DNA of 53,630 bases from a virus (taxonomy: Duplodnaviria > Caudoviricetes). Shown in pieces: positions 1 to 7,551 of this stretch. Positions within the stretch are counted from its first letter, which is position 1. Each line of letters opens with the position of its first letter. The stretch lies in the IMG/VR virus record IMGVR_UViG_3300048606_000130, positions 1 through 53,630 of that record. One strand, 5' to 3'. Both the position numbers and the translations under genes were made by a program. A model generated the notes under the pieces. The model searched no databases. It worked only from the letters and a program-made list of their open reading frames with translations, and was not told where the DNA came from.

Positions 1-127
1 GAGATAGATCGGCAGCAGGAGATCTTCGGCGGTGGAGGGAAACCGCGCCTGCGCTTTCGCGAGCGCGAGCGTGATGGGTTCGATCCGCTGCGTGGGGGAG
101 CCGCTCTCCATCGTGAAGCCGATCGGG
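1..127. repeat. Terminal direct repeat, copy 1 (identical to 53504-53630), probably an assembly k-mer overlap
   Basis: GAGATAGATCGGCAGC...GAAGCCGATCGGG is identical at both ends. It is 127 nt long and lies inside a gene. Confidence 0.95.
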
Positions 128-150
128 CGATCGTCAGTGTGGATGATCAT
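1..150 (-). CDS. 5' part of head-tail connector protein (continues at 53503 down to 52955)
   Basis: ATG at 150 overlaps the TGA of the 147..980 gene (ATGA). MIIHTDDRPIGFT-MESGSPTQRIEPITL is in frame with ORF 52955..53614. Confidence 0.85.
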   Translation of the reverse strand, partial: MIIHTDDRPIGFTMESGSPTQRIEPITLALAKAQARFPSTAEDLLLPIYL

Positions 151-980
151 GTCGTCTCCAGAATGCGGGCATACTGCGCCGCGATCGCGTCGACGGTGAA
201 CGCCGGCGCGCGGACCAGCGACTGCTCGACGACGGCCTGCCGTCGGCCGACGTCGGTCCAGTGATCGAGGGCCGCCTCGAGCTCGGCCTGCGTCTCGAGG
301 ATGGTGCCGGCCGGCTGGAACTCGCGCGCCGCGGCGGACGGCTGCGTGAGGATCGGCCGGCCCGCCGCGACCGCGTTGACGAGCTTGACCCCGCTCTTCC
401 ATTCCCGACACATCCAGCCGTCCCAAGGCGCGTCCCGAAACGCGACGAGGAGATCGGCTGCCCGGACGTCGGGCGGATTGAGGACAAAGCGCCAGCCGCG
501 CGCCTGACAGGCCGCCGCCAGGGCGGGGGCCCAGCGCCCGAGGTACCGCGGACTGCCCTGATACGCCACGAGCGACACCGTCTCGCGCGCGGGCGTCGGC
601 GCGAGGCCGGCCCAACTGTGATGCGGGAGATACGCGCCGCCACACGCGGCCGCCATGGCCGCGGTCGCGCCGATCGTGAGGACTGGCCCCACGGCCGCGA
701 TCGCCTGCGCGAGGTGGGCCCGGGCCTCCGCCGCGGAGTAGCCGTTCTCGCCGGGTTGCTGCCAGAAATCGATCGGATCCCAGAGGATCGGCACCCCGGT
801 CCCGTGCGCGGTGCCGCCCCAGATCCGCCCGGCGCGTTTCACCAGGATGACCCGATCGGCCCAGGTCCAATCGGCGGCCGTCGGCGACGCCGTCACCCGC
901 GCGCCGAGCGCCGCGCCGAGTTGCTGGCCGCGAATCACCCAGGTATCGCTCGGGCCCCCGCCGACGATGAGGATCTTCAT
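147..980 (-). CDS. Putative glycosyltransferase (GT-B/GT4-like)
   Basis: C-terminal ADLLVAF...WKSGVKLVNAVAAGRPIL resembles the GT-B donor-binding K(L)xxxxAAGxP motif. Lies in the GT cluster with ATGA overlaps. Confidence 0.65.
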   Translation of the reverse strand: MKILIVGGGPSDTWVIRGQQLGAALGARVTASPTAADWTWADRVILVKRAGRIWGGTAHGTGVPILWDPIDFWQQPGENGYSAAEARAHLAQAIAAVGPVLTIGATAAMAAACGGAYLPHHSWAGLAPTPARETVSLVAYQGSPRYLGRWAPALAAACQARGWRFVLNPPDVRAADLLVAFRDAPWDGWMCREWKSGVKLVNAVAAGRPILTQPSAAAREFQPAGTILETQAELEAALDHWTDVGRRQAVVEQSLVRAPAFTVDAIAAQYARILETT

Positions 981-1621
981 GACGGGACCATCCAGATCTC
1001 ATCGGCCGAGATCGTCGCGACGTGCGTATAGCCGAGGGCCGTCAGGAAGGCACCGGGCGCGGTCCGCGGCACGCCGTAGCGCGAACCGAAGTCTTTGTTT
1101 TCGAACAGGACGACGGGCCGACACCGCGTCAGCGTCTGCTGCGCCCCGCGGAGTGCGGCGGCCTCCGATCCTTCGACGTCGAGTTTCAGGAACCCGCACG
1201 TCTCGAGCTTCCAGCTGTCGATGGGCACCACCGGGATCGGGCCGGCACCGTGCACATAGCGGGCGCCGGTGTTCTGCCGCGCGATCTCCTTCGCGTCGAG
1301 CGCCAGCGCGGTCGATCCGAACGTCTCGCCGAGGGCGGCCTCGAGGACCTCGACATTCGCGCAGCCGAACGCGGCCATGTTCACCATCAGCGCCTCGCAC
1401 GTGTCCGGGCTCGGTTCGACGGCGATCACGCGCGTAAAGCTGGGACTGAGGCGGCGACTCCAGAGCCCGACGTGCGCGCCGCCATCGATCGCACACGACC
1501 AGTCCGTGACGAACGCCAGCGCGGTCTCCAGATGATCCGCTTGATAGCGGCCGTCGGCATGCATTTGCTCGAGCATGAAGCTATCCGCGTCCGGAAACGC
1601 GACCCCGCCTTTGAATTTCAT
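977..1621 (-). CDS. FkbM-family SAM-dependent methyltransferase
   Basis: Motifs AIDGGAHVG, VIAVEP, ALG, LKLDVEGSE and RPVVLFE. Confidence 0.92.
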   Translation of the reverse strand: MKFKGGVAFPDADSFMLEQMHADGRYQADHLETALAFVTDWSCAIDGGAHVGLWSRRLSPSFTRVIAVEPSPDTCEALMVNMAAFGCANVEVLEAALGETFGSTALALDAKEIARQNTGARYVHGAGPIPVVPIDSWKLETCGFLKLDVEGSEAAALRGAQQTLTRCRPVVLFENKDFGSRYGVPRTAPGAFLTALGYTHVATISADEIWMVPS

Positions 1622-2151
1622 CGGCGCTCCAGGTAGTAGACGTGTTCGGGGTGGGACGTCGGCACACTGACGTCGGCGACCAGACAGCGCCCCATCGCGC
1701 GCCGCAGATCGCCCGGATGGAAATGCCAGATCGGCCAGCCGCTTTTGAGATGCGCGATCCGCGTCTCGAGGGCGGCTGGTGTGAACGTCACAATGACCAG
1801 GCGCTGCCGGAAGGCCGCGAGCGCATTCGCGAGGACGTCGGCCCAGCGCGGAGTGTTATCCAGCACATGCCGCAGGACAATCCCGTCGCTCGGGGCGTGA
1901 TACGTCGCGAGATCGGCGAGCACGTGCGCGCGCGGGCCGTGCCGCGTGCCCTCGACGACGGTGTACTGCGTCGTCGCCGGCAAGTAGGTCTGCAGCACGC
2001 CGAAGCCGCCGCCCCAATCGGCGACGGTCGGACAGGCCTGCACCCAGCGCGCGGCGAGCGCGTAGGTATCCCCGGGCCCGTACTGCGGATGCTGCAGCGA
2101 GGGATGCCACGGCACCGGCGTCACGAACTGATCGGCGGCCAGCCGGATCAT
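1618..2151 (-). CDS. Class I SAM-dependent methyltransferase
   Basis: VADWGGGFG (motif I) and DGIVLRHVLDN. Confidence 0.75.
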   Translation of the reverse strand: MIRLAADQFVTPVPWHPSLQHPQYGPGDTYALAARWVQACPTVADWGGGFGVLQTYLPATTQYTVVEGTRHGPRAHVLADLATYHAPSDGIVLRHVLDNTPRWADVLANALAAFRQRLVIVTFTPAALETRIAHLKSGWPIWHFHPGDLRRAMGRCLVADVSVPTSHPEHVYYLERR

Positions 2152-2903
2152 GCGAGCGCGCCCGCCCGCGCGCCCAGCGTCGCGTCATAGACGGCCTGCA
2201 TGTGCGTTTTCCGGCGGTTGCGAAAGTCGAGCACCGCCCACGTCGGCCACGGGAGGCGTCCCTCCGCCAGCCACCGGATCTGATCGCGCGTGAACGCCTG
2301 CAGCACCTGGCGGCTGTCGATCATGGCCACCGACAGGCCCGCGCGGGGGTGCAGCCCGGGCGTGAGCGGCTCGAGGAGCTGCGCGAGGGCGATCGTGTCC
2401 GCGCCCCACCGAAGCTTCTCTTCGGGGAGTGTCTCGGCGACCGCCAGGACGCGCCGATAGAAGGCCGCCAGCCGATCCTTGCCGCGCAGCGCCCACCACT
2501 GCACGCCGTTCAGGAGCGGCAACCCGGCGGGCCGCGGCCACCGCACCAACACGCCGAGGTCCGCGGTCGGCAGGAACCATCGGGCGAGGTCGTGATAGAT
2601 CAACTGATCGGCGTCGAGCATGACCGTGTCGCGATCGAAGTCCGCGGATTCGAGATAGCGCACGGCGATTTCGAGGTACCAGAGCATCAACCGGCGATGC
2701 GTCGTCGCGTACTGGAGCGTCGGGACCGGCAGCGCCGTATCGTGGTCGGTGATCACGTGGACCGGGCAGTGGCAGGCGCGCTCGGCGCTGGCCGTCATCA
2801 TCCGGATCGCCGCAATCCAGTCAAACGCCGCCAGCTGGTGGTGATGCGTCGCCTCCGGGGGAAAGGGACGGAACGGCGCGACGATGCGGATGCCGCGCCT
2901 CAC
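2148..2903 (-). CDS. Putative glycosyltransferase (GT-A, DxD)
   Basis: HVITD, TVMLDADQL (DxD), LLNGV and WGADTIAL. GTG start overlaps the upstream stop (GTGA). Confidence 0.7.
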   Translation of the reverse strand: MRRGIRIVAPFRPFPPEATHHHQLAAFDWIAAIRMMTASAERACHCPVHVITDHDTALPVPTLQYATTHRRLMLWYLEIAVRYLESADFDRDTVMLDADQLIYHDLARWFLPTADLGVLVRWPRPAGLPLLNGVQWWALRGKDRLAAFYRRVLAVAETLPEEKLRWGADTIALAQLLEPLTPGLHPRAGLSVAMIDSRQVLQAFTRDQIRWLAEGRLPWPTWAVLDFRNRRKTHMQAVYDATLGARAGALA

Positions 2904-3691
2904 GTGAGCAGCGCCTGGAGAAACGCCCAGCACGCCGCCGCTTCCCGCCGCAGATCCCATTGGAACCACGCGAGGTTCGCGAGAAAGCGATCGCGCACGT
3001 CGACCGCGAGCGGCTGCGGGGCCTCCGTCCACGTCGAGGGACAGACCGCCGCGGCCGCGCCGTCTTGACAGATCACCGGAATGCCGAGGCGGATCGCATC
3101 CACGGCGACGTTCGAATGCCAGGTACAGACGAGACTCGCGCCGCGGAGCGTCTGCTCGATAGGCCTGGACGCCCCCAATTTCGGCCGATGAAGGACGCGC
3201 GCACCCCGCCGATGCGCCTCCGCGGCCATCGCGGCTTCCCACGCGGCGACCTGGCCGCCGTACTGGACGGTGGCTTTCGCGCCGATGCCGGCGATGACGA
3301 CCGGGCCCTGGGGATCCCAGCCGTCACTGACGACGATCCGATCCGCCTGCAGGCGACTCGTCGGCCAGTCCCGTCGCATCACCCAAGCTTGCGGATGGGC
3401 GGCGTCGATCGAGACCCGCACTTTCCGGTCGCGATCCCAGTACGCCAGATCGATCGCAATCACATGCCCGCCGCGCGCGAGCTGCCGGCGGATCGGCTCG
3501 AACCGGTTCGGGGCGCCGGGGCCCCACAGGATCAGCCAGTTCGCCTCGCCGCGATACCGGCGCGTCGGCACACACCCGAGGCCGGCGGCGCCGGCGGCGC
3601 GCACCAGGGCGTCGAGCACCGCGTCCGTCCGCGGCGACTCCGGGGCGAAGTGCAGGACCTCGACGGCGGTCCCCGTCGACGTCGCGTTCAT
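2900..3691 (-). CDS. Putative glycosyltransferase, capsule polysaccharide KpsC/KpsS-like C-terminus
   Basis: VLHRPK...LVCTWHSNVAVDAIRLGIPVI resembles the T-x-x-S-x-x-x-x-E/D-A-x-x-x-G-x-P-V motif of Capsule_synth-like GT-B proteins. ATGA overlap. Confidence 0.6.
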   Translation of the reverse strand: MNATSTGTAVEVLHFAPESPRTDAVLDALVRAAGAAGLGCVPTRRYRGEANWLILWGPGAPNRFEPIRRQLARGGHVIAIDLAYWDRDRKVRVSIDAAHPQAWVMRRDWPTSRLQADRIVVSDGWDPQGPVVIAGIGAKATVQYGGQVAAWEAAMAAEAHRRGARVLHRPKLGASRPIEQTLRGASLVCTWHSNVAVDAIRLGIPVICQDGAAAAVCPSTWTEAPQPLAVDVRDRFLANLAWFQWDLRREAAACWAFLQALLT

Positions 3692-4440
3692 GCGGTCGCC
3701 TCGAGCGGCCGCGGGGGCCGCGGCAGGCGATAGCCGACGCCCTTCGCCGTCGCGTACCATTCGTCCGCGTACGGCTGCTGGTCGTAGCCCGGCATGTCCG
3801 GCACCCCGCGCGTGAAATGCGCGATCGCCGGATCGGGATCGGTCTCTTCGCCGATCAGCACGTTCCAGCGCGCCGGCAGCGGGCCGATGAGATCCTCCGT
3901 CAGCCAGCAGAAGCGATGGAGATCACGCCCTGGCACCGTGTTCACGAGCGCCACGGTCAGCGCGCGATTCGCCGGATGCGCGCAGTTGAGCAACATGACC
4001 GACGACCAGTTCTTCCGCGCGTACGTCGTCTGCGCGTGACCGGTCATCTTCACCGCCTCGCGGGGATCGTGGACGTGTTGGACGACCTGCAGCGCTTTCG
4101 TCGGATCCGCGAGCGCGAAGAGCGCGGCGACATCGGCGCGCACGAGCACATCGCCGTCCGCGAAGAGCGCCCACCCGTCGTACCCGCAGAGGTGCGGCAC
4201 GAGGAAGCGCGCGATCGCGTGGCCCGTCGACATCGGCGCGGCGGAAATCGTGTCCCAGTAGCCGATCGTTTGCACGGTCGTCGGCCGCGTATAGAGCCCC
4301 TGCGCCCGGAGTGTCTGGATCGCGAGACGCTGGACGTCGACGCCCACGCTCGCGCGACACCGCAACGAAAACGCGGCCACGTTCCACGCGACCATTTGCG
4401 CCACATCCCAGCCGAGGAAGACGCGCAGCGGCGCGCTCAC
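3688..4440 (-). CDS. Glycosyltransferase, GT8-like nucleotide-diphospho-sugar transferase
   Basis: RVFLGWD, ARFLVPHL, GWALFADGD (DxD), RKNWSSVMLLNCAHP, LPARWN and HFTRGVP. GTG start at 4440. Confidence 0.85.
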   Translation of the reverse strand: MSAPLRVFLGWDVAQMVAWNVAAFSLRCRASVGVDVQRLAIQTLRAQGLYTRPTTVQTIGYWDTISAAPMSTGHAIARFLVPHLCGYDGWALFADGDVLVRADVAALFALADPTKALQVVQHVHDPREAVKMTGHAQTTYARKNWSSVMLLNCAHPANRALTVALVNTVPGRDLHRFCWLTEDLIGPLPARWNVLIGEETDPDPAIAHFTRGVPDMPGYDQQPYADEWYATAKGVGYRLPRPPRPLEATA

Positions 4441-5051
4441 GCGCAGGCCTGCTGGATCGGTTGTCGCGGAAAGCAGGTCAGGGCGGTCTGCCGACTGCAG
4501 TTGATCACCGTGACACCGAGGGCTTTGAGTGGCGCCACGAGCGTCGCGAAGAGCGCGAGACACGCGTCGAACGGGGACGCGCGCTGCTGCCCCGCCGGCC
4601 GATTGCCGAAGAAGTACTTGGTCCCGTGCGGCGACGCGGCCAGGTCGAGGCCGAGTAGCAGAATCCGGATCGCGCCGAGATGCACGGCCAGGTTGATCGC
4701 TTGGTACGTGGAATTCTTCCCCGTGCGCAGCGCCGCCGGGTTCGTCTCGAGGCCGCTCTCGCCGGTGTGCTGGAGGACCGTCGCCCATTTCGCGGCCTGC
4801 GGATCGAGCGTGTAGCGGAGACCGCCAAAAGCTTTCAAGGTGTCGCCGTGGTGTTGCCACCAGCGACTCGCATCGGCGCCGCATCCGTACAGGACATCGG
4901 CCCACGGCGCGAGCTGCACCGCATCCTTCACCGCGATGACTTTGGCGTGACCCCGGCAATAGTCGACGTCGTCGGCACAGAGACTCGGGCCGGATGCCAG
5001 GATGACCACCGTCTCACCGGGCCACAAACGCGGCACCGTCGCGACGGTCAC
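4437..5051 (-). CDS. Maf/DUF115 (MptE-like, GT29-like fold) putative glycosyltransferase
   Basis: VILASGPSL, VIAV, ADVLY, NSTYQAINLAVHLGAIRILLLGLD and VINCS. Confidence 0.7.
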   Translation of the reverse strand: MTVATVPRLWPGETVVILASGPSLCADDVDYCRGHAKVIAVKDAVQLAPWADVLYGCGADASRWWQHHGDTLKAFGGLRYTLDPQAAKWATVLQHTGESGLETNPAALRTGKNSTYQAINLAVHLGAIRILLLGLDLAASPHGTKYFFGNRPAGQQRASPFDACLALFATLVAPLKALGVTVINCSRQTALTCFPRQPIQQACA

Positions 5052-5881
5052 CGGATCCGGTCCTTGCCGTCGACGCCGTCGCGTCCCGCCGAGCCCGGAT
5101 CGCCTTTCCCGCCCGCCTTACCGTCGCGTCCGACCTTGACCGCGAGTCGCCACGGCGTTGCGCCGTCTCCGGGCTTCGCGGTCGTCTCCGCTTGCGCAAT
5201 CCAGAACGACCCGCCGAAGGTCGCGCCGTCGCCCTTTTCGTAGACGGTGCCCTCTTTGTACACGCCGCGATCGACGATCCCCGGCACGCGGAACGTCTTC
5301 ACTACGGCGCCGCATGTGAAACGTAGCGACAGCCGGCCGCAGGCGTCGTACACCGCGTCGAGCTGCTCGAAGCCGAGGCCGTCGATCCCGTGCTCCCCGT
5401 TCTTGCCATTCGTCCCAGGCGTGCCGTCTTTCCCGTCGAGGCCTTTCTCGCCGCTCGCGCCTGGCTGCCCGTCGCGGCCATCGCGTCCGGGCTTACCTTC
5501 GGGACCGTCGCCGCCCTTCTCACCGCGATCGCCGGTCTCGCCTTTTTCGCCGATGACGCCGGACGGGCCCATCGGGCCAGGCTGGCCCTGGACGCCGACG
5601 GTGCCGAGACCAGGCGCACCAGGTGGTCCGGTCTCGCCCCGTGCGCCAGCCTCGCCCTTCTCGCCGGGTGCGCCCGGCGGGCCGTCGAGGCCCTTGACGC
5701 CGGCCGCGCCGTCCTTGCCGTCGACGCCGTTGTCCCCGACAGGGCCAATGGGACCCGGCTCGGGCGCGCGCTGCTCGAGGTCGGTCAGTCGGGCCGTGAG
5801 CGCGTCGACCTTCGTGGTGACGTACTCGCGCACCACGGGCACGATGCCGCGGATGAGCGCCTGCAGCTCGTGACCGGTCAT
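5048..5881 (-). CDS. Collagen-like protein (coiled coil, about 41 Gly-X-Y triplets, aromatic C-terminal domain)
   Basis: 16 + 25 GXY triplets with one GL interruption. C-terminal GVYKEGTVYEKGDGATFGGSFWIA...PWRLAVK followed by 8 more GXY triplets. Coupled to the portal gene. Confidence 0.9.
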   Translation of the reverse strand: MTGHELQALIRGIVPVVREYVTTKVDALTARLTDLEQRAPEPGPIGPVGDNGVDGKDGAAGVKGLDGPPGAPGEKGEAGARGETGPPGAPGLGTVGVQGQPGPMGPSGVIGEKGETGDRGEKGGDGPEGKPGRDGRDGQPGASGEKGLDGKDGTPGTNGKNGEHGIDGLGFEQLDAVYDACGRLSLRFTCGAVVKTFRVPGIVDRGVYKEGTVYEKGDGATFGGSFWIAQAETTAKPGDGATPWRLAVKVGRDGKAGGKGDPGSAGRDGVDGKDRIR

Positions 5882-7293
5882 GCGGCGAGTTCCTTCCTGG
5901 TGTAGTCCGCGGCCGCGTGCTCGAGCAGCGCGCCGTCGGCTTCGAGCGACTTGGACGGCGGGGGATCCGCCACGGGCGCCGGTGGCGTAGGCGGCGGTGG
6001 ATGAATCGTGACGGGCGTCGGGACCGTCCCGGGCGCGGGTCCGGCCTGATCGCGTTTGTTCAACGCGTCGAGACTGAACATCTGCTGCTGGAGGTACGGC
6101 GTGTCGCCGCCCGGCACCGGTTTGCGGTTGAAGCGCGCGCGGGCCTCGTTCGGTTTCTCGATGCCGCCGCCGACCGCTTTCACCGCAATGTCCATCTGCG
6201 TCTTGCTGTCCATGCGGGCGAGCGCGTCGAGATCACATTCGATGTGGTACGGCTTCTTGAGCTCGAGGCCTTCGTCGAGGAGCGTCTCGAGGTTCTCGAT
6301 CGGATTCTGGAGCGCCTGCGTGTAGTACTGGAGATTGATCGATTGAATGTCGGTGTAGGGCGGCGGCGGCCCGATCCCGATCATGTAGCCGGGGACGTGG
6401 AACGTCGCGCAGATCCGCTCATCGGTCAGCTTGAGCTGGGCGACGACTTCCGCATCGACGGCGGACATGGACGTCATCGGCTCGTACTTCATGCCGTCGC
6501 CCAAGGCGACGACCTTCCCGATGTTCTGCTCGCCGGCGTAGTTCGCCTGCCAGTACTCCTCGAGCCGCTTCGCGACGTCGTTACTGATCGTCCCCGGCAC
6601 GAGTATCTGCCCGCCGGGATTCGACCCATTGGCAAACAAGCGGGTCGAGTTCTGCAGAATCTTCAGGCCCTGCATCGCCGCCAGGCCGCACGCATAGATC
6701 GGCGTGATGCCGACGAGTGGGTGATAGAGCGGGACGCACATGTCGTGGATGATTTCGCGCGCCGGGACGGTCTTCGTGGCCTCATCGATGCCGGCCAGCC
6801 AGTCGGTGCCGCACTGGTAAAACACCGACCCATCGGGCGCCAAGAGGACCTGCACGCGAGACGGATCGAGGATGTAGAGCGCCGTGACGACGCCGCGGCC
6901 GTCGCGTTCTTTGAGGACGTACGTGTTCCCCGTCGAGAACTTCGAGATCATCCAGTACTCGAGGAACTTCACGCGCGTCGAAAAGCGGTTCGGTTTCCGG
7001 AGGACCGGCGAGTACGCGGGATTCTCCGTCGGGGTGCAGATGCCGTCGGCGTCTTCTTCGACGAGGTTCAGCCAGAGTTTCCCGATGTCGCTCGCAATGA
7101 GCGTGATGCAGGCCCAGACCGTCGAGTACCGGAGGACCTCCGTCCGATCGACCGGCTCGCTGCGCTGCCAGGCGCCGCTGAACCGCTCGCGGATCATCCC
7201 GATCCAGCCGCTGCCCCCGGCCGCCGGCAGATGGGTGACGAGATCGGCCGTCGCCGCTTTGGCGCGCGCAATCTCCAGCCCGAAGATCCGCAT
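5878..7293 (-). CDS. Phage portal protein, HK97 family
   Basis: TVWACITLIASDI, LRKPN, GNTYV, EIIH, GITPI, FANGSNPGG, ICATFHVP and NEARA. Confidence 0.95.
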   Translation of the reverse strand: MRIFGLEIARAKAATADLVTHLPAAGGSGWIGMIRERFSGAWQRSEPVDRTEVLRYSTVWACITLIASDIGKLWLNLVEEDADGICTPTENPAYSPVLRKPNRFSTRVKFLEYWMISKFSTGNTYVLKERDGRGVVTALYILDPSRVQVLLAPDGSVFYQCGTDWLAGIDEATKTVPAREIIHDMCVPLYHPLVGITPIYACGLAAMQGLKILQNSTRLFANGSNPGGQILVPGTISNDVAKRLEEYWQANYAGEQNIGKVVALGDGMKYEPMTSMSAVDAEVVAQLKLTDERICATFHVPGYMIGIGPPPPYTDIQSINLQYYTQALQNPIENLETLLDEGLELKKPYHIECDLDALARMDSKTQMDIAVKAVGGGIEKPNEARARFNRKPVPGGDTPYLQQQMFSLDALNKRDQAGPAPGTVPTPVTIHPPPPTPPAPVADPPPSKSLEADGALLEHAAADYTRKELAA

Positions 7294-7469
7294 CAGTTCT
7301 CCGCCGTCAGATCGCGGCGACGGTACGTCGGGCGGCGCGACGGACTTGGGGGCTCGTCGACGCGGGCGACGGCCGCGCGGATCAGGAGCTGCCCTTGCAC
7401 GTCCGGCACCTCGAAGACCTCGCCGGCTTTCACGTTATTCGGGAGATCCGCGAGCGCGATGAGTTTCAT
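7293..7469 (-). CDS. Small head-module protein (58 aa, not in the ORF track)
   Basis: MKLIALADLPNNVKAGEVFEVPDVQGQLLIRAAVAR...YRRRDLTAEN with a GGAGG RBS. Its TGA overlaps the portal ATG. Confidence 0.75.
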   Translation of the reverse strand: MKLIALADLPNNVKAGEVFEVPDVQGQLLIRAAVARVDEPPSPSRRPTYRRRDLTAEN

Positions 7470-7480
7470 AGGCCTCCGGG

Positions 7481-7521
7481 AAACAAAAGTGGGGAGCCGA
7501 CCACATACGGACCGGCTCCCC
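7481..7521 (-). terminator. Rho-independent terminator after the major capsid gene
   Basis: GGGGAGCCG...CGGCTCCCC stem followed on the minus strand by ACTTTTGTTT. Confidence 0.75.
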
Positions 7522-7551
7522 TTGGGTCGCGATCGGACGCGCCGTTACGCG

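Noticed and set aside
1-127. Biological direct terminal repeat
   Set aside because: It is 127 nt, a common assembler k-mer length, and lies mid-gene. HNH plus HK97-type terminase suggests cos ends near 12.7 kb instead.
147-5051. Host capsule/LPS locus captured by misassembly
   Set aside because: The genes are joined to portal, collagen and head-tail connector by consistent 4-nt overlaps, and no transport or sugar-synthesis genes are present.
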